Shown here piece by piece: positions 49,807 through 60,461 of a stretch of DNA of 64,000 nucleotides. The translations under genes were made by a program, and so were the position numbers. Source of the stretch: Patellaria atrata CBS 101060 (taxonomy: Eukaryota). Location of the stretch: the NCBI GenBank assembly GCA_010093705.1, contig MU006093.1, forward strand, positions 1,323,301-1,387,300, given 5' to 3'. How positions within the stretch are numbered: position 1 is the first letter of the stretch; the number at the start of each line of letters is the position of its first letter. The notes below the pieces were generated by a model, which was not told the DNA's origin, made no database searches, and saw only the letters and a program-made list of their open reading frames with translations.

Positions 49807-50373
49807 TTATCCTTGTCTAAAGTTTTTGTAAGCTTCCATATGAAAGTTGGGAGCCAAGAGGATAGGCACCAACCTTTGCTTGTGCTTTGGGTTTTTACTG
49901 CATATTATGTAAACATATCTACCACCTTTCCGTCGTACACTCTAATTCTATTGTAAGCTCCTGGTTCCACGTGGAAGTTGGTGACGAATAACGTACCTTG
50001 CAACCATCACACAGTTTCTTGACAGAACTTCGAACCTAAAGGAACCATAAATCAGCAAGCTATTCGACGACATATATACTCCAACAAACAAACAGCGAAA
50101 ACAATATCCCGGGCTGTGTTCGCGTAATACCAGCGGAATGGTATTGCTATGCTGAAATATGGAATATGTGCGAACCTTCATTCCTCTTGACTGCTCGAAT
50201 TTTTGCACCTGGGAAGCAATTGATGTAATAGCTGGGCGCCGACTTAATAATTGTGATCCTGTCCATGCGTGAGTCTGCAATGGGGCCCTGATTGTCGCGA
50301 AAGACCGCATCGCAGATGTTTGTAGACGAAAGATTCTTTGGCGTAACGGTAGGAATACGGTTCGGGAAAGCAT
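49807..50373 (-). CDS. RTC6: Mitochondrial ribosomal protein bL36m, 4 exons
   Basis: Presequence MLSRTVFLPLRQR..., then RGMK|VRSSVKKLCDGCK|..VRRKGGRYVYIICSKNPKHKQR|QG*, the L36 zinc-ribbon signature. Confidence 0.92.
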
Positions 50374-50851
50374 CTCTACTCGTGAATTATAGTAAATTTC
50401 GGGATGATTAGGGTCCAAGGATAGTTCGTAGAGATGTCAGATACGGTGAATAGCAAGATTGGCTTCTCGTATGATGAATTATGGTAGGATTTCGCGTTCG
50501 AAGAAGCTCGTATGCGTTGAGAGTATGCGATACTGTCAGTCTTTAGCAGTTGCAACTAGCTTTTCGGTGCTCGGTGATTTTATTGATGCGGGCCTTGTAT
50601 GGAGGTTAGAGGTAACCGTCTGGTTGATCTTCGGGCGGTCGAAAGCCCAAGTTGGCTCTTTCTAGGCACTCTGTCACTCTCTGAGGGTACACAAGGGCCA
50701 ACCTGTTTGGCTCCTTCGCACATGGTTACAGCAATCTATTGGCAACAAGCTATACGGGCACAATTGCAACACCCTACAACAATACAGTACATGTACCATG
50801 GCCGTCTGTTTACCTTGGACGTTTTGTTTCCTAACGGTGCTCTCTCCTCCG

Positions 50852-50888
50852 CGGCGTGTACGGCGTGTACTTCGTGTACTCCGTGGGC
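50852..50888. repeat. Degenerate 9-bp tandem repeat (CGGCGTGTA, about 4 copies)
   Basis: cggcgtgta cggcgtgta cttcgtgta ctccgtggg. Confidence 0.75.
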
Positions 50889-52155
50889 TGAAATTCGGCG
50901 GCAATGTTCACAACAAGACCGCTTGATAAAAGGAGCACACGAATATTCGGCCAATGAAATTCATAGGCAAAGATCATTCGTGAGGTGATGTGAAGCGATG
51001 ACAAACTGCTTTCCCTTTGATGCTTCTGAAGGCTTCGTGTACAAAAATGACAGAAATGAAGACGGACATTTTTCTGACTCCATTTGGCGAAACTACAGGG
51101 CCGGCATGATCGTTCGCGTATTGTTAAATCCCGCCACGGCTTCAGCTCATTCGTGGCAATCCTTATGGAAAGTTTAAGGCTTAGACTATCAGCTATAAGA
51201 GTACCAAAAAAGCGACAAAAAGCGACTTTGTTCAGGGGCCTGCAGGATCCCAAGTCAGCAACCAAGCTAAATGGAAACCGTAACCAAAATCAAAGGTGCA
51301 AATGCTGGGTGGAGAGAGCGTCAGGTCACGTATTTCACTTCCTCTCAGAGAAACAAGCAATTCTAAATTCCTCCAAACACGAGCTGGGGGCACATTTACG
51401 AAGGCAAGCTTCCTAAAGAGCGAGCGCTAGACCTGGATACGCCTGATGATATGGGACGAAACGGCAGGGGAGACTCGGGACACGGCGTGCACGGCAGAGT
51501 CGGAGTGAAAATCCAATCCGCTTATGCACATCTGAGACGCGGCATTGGGTTGAAGGGTCGCCATAGCCTCAAACTTGTTCAATTCAAGCTCTACCGTGGC
51601 GTCCGTCGAAATGAAGAGTGCGTAAGGTATCCAGTGAGGGTCGGTCTAAAAGCTGTTAGGCTCTGTTGAACACGCTGAAGGACTCGTTAGGGAACTTAGG
51701 GGGCTCCTGGGGCCCTTAGGGGCATCTCAGCATGCCTTGTTCCTCCAGTCAACTCTCACCAAATCCCCACAAACCGCCGACGCTGGCCAAGAGATCCCCG
51801 AATGAGAGTAAGCCAGTAATAGCGCGCCTACACAGCAGGGCCTCATTAACCCCTGAACCCAAATATATAGAACAAATGCGAGCGCCCTACCCACACCTCT
51901 TTCTTGTCCCTTCCTCTCAATCACCTGCACTCGTCTGCATCGTATTTTCTATCGATGCGTATTGACAACTCTCTCTTTATTTAGTCAGGTTTTTTCTCAA
52001 ACCATCTTTTAGACCAGAAGCTTGCCTTCTTGGTCGTGCCACTCGTTGAAAACCAAAAGCTTTATATTCTTTATTTTTACATCTCCTCTGTCTTTCAAAT
52101 CTTCACATTTAATTGACACTAGTACCTTTGCTTGCGTACCGATTTTGGATTCAGC

Positions 52156-54529
52156 ATGTGGTCTAAACCAGCTGTTGGCCTTTCATGGCTGTTTACCATT
52201 CTCCTGATCACTCAGAGTGTTATCGCCAGCGCCGGTTTCCATGACGCCCCAGCTGAGGTCCATGACGCGATTAAGAGAGAGGTTGAGGCCCGCCAGGCTG
52301 ATTTAGATGCCGAACATGAGAACCTGTTTGGCAAGAGACAGAGTGGCTTCAAGGCCGTCACTGGTGTTAGGAGCGGTATCTACCCCCGTCTGGAGATCAG
52401 AGAACTCGAGAGGAACGCCGACCAACTCACCCTCTACACTCTTGCCCTGCAGCGGATGATGGAGCGCCCCAATAGCGACAAGTTCTCTTACTATCAAATC
52501 GCTGGTAAGTATTGAAAGTCATTTCTTGAGTAGCTTCATCTCATGTATCATAATAGGTATCCACGGTCGTGAATTTCAAATGTGGGATTCCGTTCGCGGT
52601 ATCAGGTCCTCTGGTGGCTACTGCCCTCATTCTGCAAACATCTTCCTGCCTTGGCACAGGCCTTACCTAGCTCTTTTCGAGCAACTGGTCATTGGTTGGG
52701 CTAATACGATTGCGAATGAGTATCCCTCAAACGTTCGCGCAAGATACCGAACCGCTGCGAGCACTCTCCGTATGCCATACTGGGACTGGGCGGCGGCACC
52801 AGCCAACGGCAACACTGTTCCAAACATTGTCCGAGCGAGCACCATCCGCTTGAACACCCCGACTGGATCCCGTGTCATTAACAACCCGTTCTTCTCATAT
52901 CGTTTCACCCAGAGACCCGCTGCGCTTGGTAGCTCCCCCTTCAACCAACGTATGAACACGCTTCGTCACCCTACCAGCAATGCTGTCAATGCTGCGAGCA
53001 ATAACAACGAGTTCCTGTCTGATATGAACCGCAACAGGGTCGGTCTCCGTGACCGTCTGTACAGACTTTTCACCCAGCCCTCGAACTTCATGTCCGTCGG
53101 TACTTCTTGTGTTGGTAACAACTGCGGCAACACGCAGTCTCACGACAGCTTCGAGTCTACCCATGACGCTATCCACGCTATCTCTGGTGGTTCTTCCGGT
53201 GGTCACATGTACTACGTTGACTTCTCTGCCTTCGACCCAATCTTCTGGCTGCATCACACTAACGTTGACCGACACTTCGCCATGTACCGCTATCTCCAAC
53301 CCAACAGTTATGTTACCAACGGCGCTCTGACCCAAAACAACTATGTCTGGAACCGTGGCGACGTGAAGAATGCCTTCAGCGATCTCCTCCCCTTCCACAA
53401 GGATACTCAAGGTCGATTCTGGAACTCTCAAGATGTTGCTGGAACTCGTATCCTCGGTTATGTCTACAGGGAAATTTCTGGAAGCGCAAATGCTGCTAGC
53501 GTTCGTAACGATGTCAATCGTCTCTATGGACCCAATGCTAGCGGACGTGTCAGGAGGCGACAGATTCCTACGACCGGCTATTACTATGGTGGTAACAGCA
53601 CGTACGGCAACAACACTAGCTGCAACGCCACCGAACCGATCAAGGATTACACTGCAGATTTCATCGCTGATAAGCACGCCATGGGTGGTTCTTATAACGT
53701 CTACGTCTTCCTTGGTAACTATAGTGCTGAGGTCTCTCAATGGTTCGGCGAGAAGTCCTACTGCGGTCTCTATTCCGTCTTCGCTCCCCTTAGCGGTGGA
53801 GACTCTGGAGTGACCGTTACTGGCCAAATTCCTCTCAACACAGCTCTCATTTCTGCTTACGACGCTGGCCAACTTGACTGTTTGGATGACGCCTCTATTA
53901 CGAAGTACATCAAGGAAAACCTTCACTGGGAGGTCGTCAAGGTAAATAGCTCCCTAACTCGTCTTCCTCATTGGACTGTCGATTAACATTCTCCATAGGC
54001 TGGTTATGAAGTCGTTCCCCCGACATCTTGCCCAGGTCTCGAAGTTGCCGTTTCCCGTCAGGCCTATACCCCTTCCCGCGGCACCAGCGACTTCCCCATC
54101 TATCACGGCATTCCTGAGGTGGTTCCTGACTGCACCAGCGGCAAACCTGCGGGTTACAGCGGTCCCAAGCGTGGCCGTGGTTACTTCGATTACTCTAAGC
54201 CCTCCACCGCACCCCCCGCAGGCTATCCTGAGTATGCCCCTCCCCCGGTTGACTACCCTATCCACTACGAAAATGGCCCAGCCCCCGTTGACTATAATAA
54301 TGGCCCTGATTCTGAGTGGCATGGCGAGTACCCGTCTGAGAACCCACCTCCCTACGATGATGACGAGCCTGATGCGGGTGAGCCGACTGGTACATACACC
54401 TACTCCGAAGCTTACCCGGCTCCAACCGGCTTCTGTGCGGACGAGTGTGGTGAGACCGTTATCAAGTATGTTGACGAGCACGGCCAATACCTCTACGAGG
54501 AGATGCAACCATCGTATGGAAAGATGTAA
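52156..54529 (+). CDS. Secreted tyrosinase / type-3 copper oxidase; exons 52156-52504, 52557-53941, 53999-54529
   Basis: Signal peptide and propeptide ending KR. SYYQIAGIHG, CuA YCPH...FLPWHRPYL, LRMPYWDWA, CuB ESTHDAIH...SAFDPIFWLHHTNVDR, YxY motif (LGYVY), C-terminal shielding domain, extra Tyr-rich tail. Confidence 0.95.
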
Positions 54530-55855
54530 TGGGGTAATGGAGCTGTCAATAGGAAGTGGGTGGTTGAATGTAGAATCTGTTTAGAGGTCGAGTTGGATTC
54601 TGACCAGGAGATGTAATTGTAAGGGAATCTACGCGAATACAGTCGTATGTTGATAACCACACCACACGCTCACTCACATAAAGCTTGCATTGGGAACGGG
54701 TATACCCAGAGAAATCTTCTCTTCACGACTATGGGATCATTAGGGGCTAAGGCTTATTGCTTCTGTTTTTGTTCGGTATCATATCCTCTAATTCGTACTC
54801 ATTGTAGATACAGCCGCATGAGGGTTTGGATCTGCTGGGATTTTTGCTGGCATCTTTTGTTTAATTCATGACTGTTCTGGGATTTCTAGGTGGTGAGGAT
54901 TGGAAGATTATTTTGTAGTCAACGATTGTGAATTTTTATTCAATACTTCTTCCTGCCTCTTTTTCTCACCTCTCGGCTTCAACGTGAATGAAACCTCCCC
55001 ACGAAACACATGATCTTCGATCTTACGGTGTAAATCTTTTAAGGAGTAGTAAGCCAATAACTCTGATATAGTTAGTGCTCAGCCGCACTTTTATGGGGAC
55101 CAATTACGGATGTTGGCACATCGTAGATTCGTAATTTGTGAATCAGGATAGCGGCACTGACTCATGAAACGAGTTCAAGATTACTGTTTCTTGATTTTTC
55201 CTTTTGAAGGCATGTTTCTGCTGCTTTTCCTCGTACCTGGTCGGCCTTGATATAATTATCCTTTTTTGGATGTTATAGGATAGTAATATGAACAGATAAC
55301 AGAGGTCAAAAATCATGTCACAACTCACAACCCGTATTACAGCAACAAGCACGAGCGAGAAGTGCGTTGCTTTCATTTTTCTTGAGTGGAGTTTACCGCC
55401 AAACTCCACGCTTTCCTCGGGTTACGAAACGCTATTGTTTTCAATTTTGGTTAAATAGTGGAGACTTTCCTTTTTCTACTTTGAGGCTCACAGCCTCGTG
55501 GCCTCGTGGCCTCACCTGATGATTTTCTTAGTTCCCTTGGAGTCGTTCTTGATTCTTGACTCCTCGGGATCTTCCATAGTTCGGAAGAAACAAACACGGG
55601 ATACTGTATCAGTTCTTTGGTATCATGACAGCTGTCGGTTTGTAACTTCTCACGTGAAGGGTGGGATGGAGGAATACAAGTACGTCAAGAATGAAGAAGT
55701 AGGAGGTAGTTCTACGGTACTGTACGAACGAACTCAGTCTATCAATATTTTCCAATACTTTTACCCTTTTACATCGTATCTTTCTTACCACCATCCACCT
55801 CTTCAACCGTCCCATCTCCCCTTCTTTGTCGTCAACTCCACCCTTTATCCATCTC

Positions 55856-56770
55856 CTACGCCTCCTCAACTAAAACCCCCTCTCCAGGCAGCATGGTCCC
55901 ATTGTTTATCGCCGCCGCATGTGCCCTCGCCAACATCCCATAGACCGGATAATAAGTATCCAACCAGGGAATCACCTCCAGCGCACCAGGCGTGTTCCTC
56001 CAATCCCGCATCAAGTCACAGACGATCGCGAACAAGGACACGACCTGCACGCCAGCCGAGCGCATCCAATCGTTCGCGCTGTCCCGGATCAGCTCGGTGG
56101 TGGTGCCGGACGCTTCGACGTTAGCCCAGACGCTGTAGCCTTCGGCGCGCAGGGAGAGAGCGAAGAACGCGGTGCCTGAGACGACGTCAGTACCCGTCAC
56201 TGGGCTTGATGTTTGGGGAGGAGGGAACACATACAGACGTCCGTCACGATGCCGCCGATGATGATCTGCTTCTTCCCTGTGGCGCGGATGGCATCGCGAA
56301 CCTCAGTGTTATCCCAGGCGTTGACTTCGCCGCCGCGCATGATGAGAGGCGCGTCGGGGTACATTTCGAGCATCTCTTTTGGAAGAGGGCCGTTGGGACC
56401 TGTGATGTAGCCGTCAGTTATACGTTTATTCAGACATAGGTAGATATTTTTTTTCGGTGGAGAGAGGCTTACCCCATTCGGCAGATGTGGTCAGGATGGT
56501 TGGGATGTCGAATAGCTTGCCGATGGCTGCGTGTGCCATCATGTTGTTCTTGTATAGCGTGGCGTCGAAGTCCCGGACGAGGTTGTAGAGCCCGACTTGT
56601 TGATCGAGGATAATCAGGACGGAATTGTTCTTGTCTAGACGCTCCCAGGGGACGGCTGTTCGACTGTTAGTACTGATAGTGTCGACAGCGCCAGAATGGA
56701 ACATACCATCAGCGAAGACGGAGCTCAACAGGCCCAAAAATGGGATCAAGCTTGATAAACTGAATTTCAT
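55856..56770 (-). CDS. Isochorismatase-family (YcaC-like) cysteine hydrolase with signal peptide, 3 exons
   Basis: MKFSLSSLIPFLGLLSSVFA; ERLDKNNSVLIILDQQVGL, PTILTTSAEW|GPNGPL, RGGEVNAWD, KKQIIIGGIVTDV|CTAF, NVEASGT, ELMRDWR-like motif. Confidence 0.9.
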
Positions 56771-56865
56771 CTTGAAGATCGGATTTAAAGTCTCTTTGAA
56801 CGAGGAGCTTGAATGTTGTCTTCTGGTCTACTTCTGCTCCCTTTTCCTCGCGCGAAAACGCTCCC

Positions 56866-56871
56866 TTTATA
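56866..56871 (-). promoter_or_regulatory. Putative TATA box of the YcaC-like hydrolase gene
   Basis: TATAAA about 100 bp upstream of ATG 56770. Confidence 0.45.
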
Positions 56872-58009
56872 CACCCCATACGAAGCTCTATCTATCACCA
56901 ATTTCCATGTCACCGATACAAACATCGCCTACACAATCACGCATATTCTTTTCTTCCCCGCCCCACGAGCATTATCATATCCTGTTTACGGTAAGTCTCG
57001 CCGTGCAGATCGAGCTAGTAAACAAACTCATAGCTCCTTTCGACTCTATCGGGCACTATTGAAGCTCTCGGACATTCATACCCCATATCCCAACGCCTCC
57101 CAAGCAAGCGAAACAACGAAAAGTAAAATTGCGGTGCCGCGGCATCGTGGCAGGCATCGTGGGTACAATATTGGAGCAGACATTGCAGTCGCTGGATGAA
57201 TAACAGCTAAGTCAGCCGTTCGTTCTCGCCAAGCTTGCTGACATGCAGGTGTCCTACCGGGAGATATAGAAGGTTAAACACCAACCGCCCAATGATCTCT
57301 TCGGAAATATATTAACCTAGATTTTGAGGGCGTCACAACGTTGCACTTGAGATCCGTGACCTTGGCGGGTCGGGCCTTTGGTATCGGTGGGTGGTTGCAG
57401 CCCTGAAGCTTGATCAGGGGCGATGCTGGATTGCTCAGCTCCTAATCAGCGTCGACAAATGCAGCTTTTGGTGGCGAAAGAACCTCAGATGCGGGCACAG
57501 CTCACAAGGCTGAACCTACCTGGGTAGAGTGAACGAATGAAACATGAGAAGGGAGCAATGTGCATAATAGACGTTATTGGTAAATGCACGACACGGGGAC
57601 TCTCGCTCACCGCTGACGGGATACGATAGAGCTACAGTTTATTTGAGACACAATGGGCGACCTAAAAGTGACTTTGACTGATTTAAAATCTATGATTCAG
57701 GATTTAGTAAAGAGATTTGCGGGTTGAGAATGAAGAACTTTGACTACTGAATGCAAAGAGCGAGTCAAGCATAACTCAAGAAATTAGGTAAAACAAGTTC
57801 GATTTTTACTAATTGAAGATAATTCAAGGAGTGTGCTTTCTTGTTGTTTCTGTACAAGTACGATTCCAAAGATCCCTCAGAGAAAGTAAAGCTGACATTG
57901 AACGAGTTGTATCTTGTCTCCTAAGACATCCATCCGCGCTGTTTTGTTAGTCAATGTGTTGATATACTTTCTTAACATAAGGGATCTTCTTTACCTCATA
58001 TCATTGCTC

Positions 58010-58384
58010 TCACATACACTGTGGGTAAATCCACAACTCCTCACAATTCGGTTGCTCACACAGAGTGTCGCACGCCACTCCTGGACGAACAAACACCCTG
58101 CCTTCCTGTGTGGCCCACGGTAGACGCCATTGAGCAGCAGGGTCTGCTCCCACTTCTCTTGGATTCGCCTTGTAGCCTGCCCTACAAGCGCAGTAGTTGG
58201 GACCATTGAGACCATCATGGCCCCAGTTGTAGATGCAAGAGGTCGTGATATGACATTGGTTCTGCTCGGGAAACGGAGAGCACGTCATGCACTGTACTGG
58301 CGCATGTTGTCTTTCGAAGATTCTTGATGGACGAGCGGTTGCTGAAGTCGCAAGGACACCAGCTATGAGATAGAAGAACTTCAT
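58010..58384 (-). CDS. Small secreted cysteine-rich protein (124 aa, 10 Cys)
   Basis: Signal peptide MKFFYLIAGVLATSATA; CACRAGY...QWRLPW..QEGRVFV.PG..CDTLC pattern; TATAAA at 58488-58493. Confidence 0.85.
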   Translation of the reverse strand: MKFFYLIAGVLATSATARPSRIFERQHAPVQCMTCSPFPEQNQCHITTSCIYNWGHDGLNGPNYCACRAGYKANPREVGADPAAQWRLPWATQEGRVFVRPGVACDTLCEQPNCEELWIYPQCM

Positions 58385-59435
58385 ATTGGATCGTAGAAGA
58401 CGATCTATTGACTAAGACTTATAAAAGTAGTTGGATGTATTGAATGGAGAGAGGACTGATACTGAAAAGTCGCTTCCATACCACCGCTTTATATTCACTG
58501 AATGAAAATCCTTCTTTATCCTTACCGTAGAGCCAAACCCTACGCTGGTTGGAGAGGGTGACTACGTACAACGTATGGTGAAGTGTGATCAGCAGCTGTA
58601 TCATTTGATTGAAATTGTCTTTCACAACTGAAGACACAGCTCCACCGCCACATAATTATCTCATAGTTAACGAGGTGAACGCGAGAAAGCGAGAAACAAA
58701 GCGGAGAGCCTTAAAATTAGTTTTATGTATCCGGGATAGCCGAACCGAAGATTGCTGGTGTGGCAAGAGTGACTTGTGGGCTATTTATAGAAAATGCGAC
58801 GAATAAGTCTGTCTATAGAAAGGAGCAGCAAGAAATTTAGAAAATGCGGAATAACATAAACGTTTGTGAGTGGTTACTGGAATACGAATACGACCAATAA
58901 GCACTGTGGCTGGAGAAGAAACGAATAGGGCCCTGGAAAATGCTCACCGGAGCTGCGATGGAACTTAAGTCATGCCAGCAACATGTGAGAAACGTGGAAG
59001 ACAAACAACGACGGCCAGTTTGAATTCGAAAGTGGTATGCATTATCTGATGGAAAATCAATGACGACGTTTAGCGAAGTTAGAAACAGTGGTTAGGGTTG
59101 TATTTCATAGCGGTTGAAACGTTAGTTAACAGGAGATCATCAAATACTTCCTGTAAAAAACTACTAATGGTAGAGCAGAATCGTACAAGCTACAATAAAT
59201 CGTGAGGAGCACAACAAAATCTTAATAGAGCGCTTCTATTCCTTCCCTCGAAGCACAGAGTGAAGTCACAACTGAAATGAAAGAAATTCGATAGGTAGAG
59301 AATACCTTGATTTAGAATCTGTGAAATTATGGTTCGCAAGGAGTAGATTTGCGCTCGCGCTTGATACACAAGCAAAGATATCACTATAGGTAGGTTAACT
59401 ATACGGTGGGTCAGGTATATCCAACAGATGAAGGG

Positions 59436-60380
59436 TCATAGGGACCACGACAAAACATCAATATTCTTTTGCGGCGGCCTTAGTACTCCCCGATCATCTG
59501 GAGTTCCTAACGCGCCGTTCACTGCTTTCAACCCGGAGAAATACCTGAAGTATTCTTTCAGAGGATTATTATCTGCTTCAACAAACTGTCGGTGCGACGC
59601 ATCGACATCATTACGAGAAGGTTTAGCTGATGTAAAAACAGTAGCCGTCTTGGATGCCAGAATGGGCTCCGGTGTTGTTATCTGCTGGGCGTGTTTTGCC
59701 GCTGTATATGGTGTTTCGCCCCTCCGGCTAAATTTTGTCTGTTGTAAATTCGTTGCTCGATCATGGCTTTTACTTAATGGCTTCGGGGCGCTGTGAAGAG
59801 TTTCAAGGAATAGGGGTTGCTTACGTGTTCCACTCCCTGTCCAGGGATGTCTACTAGAGGTGGTTGCTGATCTGGAGGGGGTAGATGGATGGGTTGCAGA
59901 GGTGAATTCGGGTAGCGATGCTTGATCAGAGGCTTTGAGCGGTCGCCCCGGTGATTTCTCTTTCTGAACTACATCAGTAGCCATAATTTGAGATGTAACA
60001 CGTCTCGTCCTCGGTGATGATCGATCTGGGAGTCTTTTATGGAACGACGAAGTAGTCTTTGGTCGATTGTTGCTAGAATGCGACGGCTCACCAATCTCTT
60101 CACGGTCTCGGTGGGGTTGATCTGAGCTCTTGGGTTCGGTGGAGGCGTTTCCGAAACTCGGGTGGCTTTGGTGCGTTCTCTCGTCACCCACGGCCGAGGA
60201 TTGACGTTGAAGCATGATATATCGGCTCCCCGAAACAGATGTAGCTTGCTTGTCGTTGGGAAGGATGTTATCGGGAGCAGAAAGTGAACCATCAGCCGGA
60301 GTCATCATTTTAGATGGCCCGAAAGATTGGAGATCTGCATTGATACAATCAGTCAACGAGTATGCTTCAATCTCTGACAC
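59436..60380 (-). CDS. 314-codon S/T/P-rich ORF, probably the C-terminal part of the TPP1/Est3-like gene (junction unresolved)
   Basis: Same strand and about 150 bp downstream of the TPP1-like ORF. Disordered composition ending in an ordered-looking DNNPLKEYFRYFSGLKAVNG...IDVLSWSL. Confidence 0.55.
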   Translation of the reverse strand: MSEIEAYSLTDCINADLQSFGPSKMMTPADGSLSAPDNILPNDKQATSVSGSRYIMLQRQSSAVGDERTHQSHPSFGNASTEPKSSDQPHRDREEIGEPSHSSNNRPKTTSSFHKRLPDRSSPRTRRVTSQIMATDVVQKEKSPGRPLKASDQASLPEFTSATHPSTPSRSATTSSRHPWTGSGTRKQPLFLETLHSAPKPLSKSHDRATNLQQTKFSRRGETPYTAAKHAQQITTPEPILASKTATVFTSAKPSRNDVDASHRQFVEADNNPLKEYFRYFSGLKAVNGALGTPDDRGVLRPPQKNIDVLSWSL

Positions 60381-60461
60381 TTCTCATCTTTACGGCGCGA
60401 GTACACTTTGGGACGTATTTTAGAAAGAAGGAAAACTGAGAGAGATATCAGAGATATCATA

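Noticed and set aside
50885..50905. GAAATTCGGCG resembling RNase P RNA CR-I
   Set aside because: Lacks the preceding GGG and has no complementary CR-V downstream.
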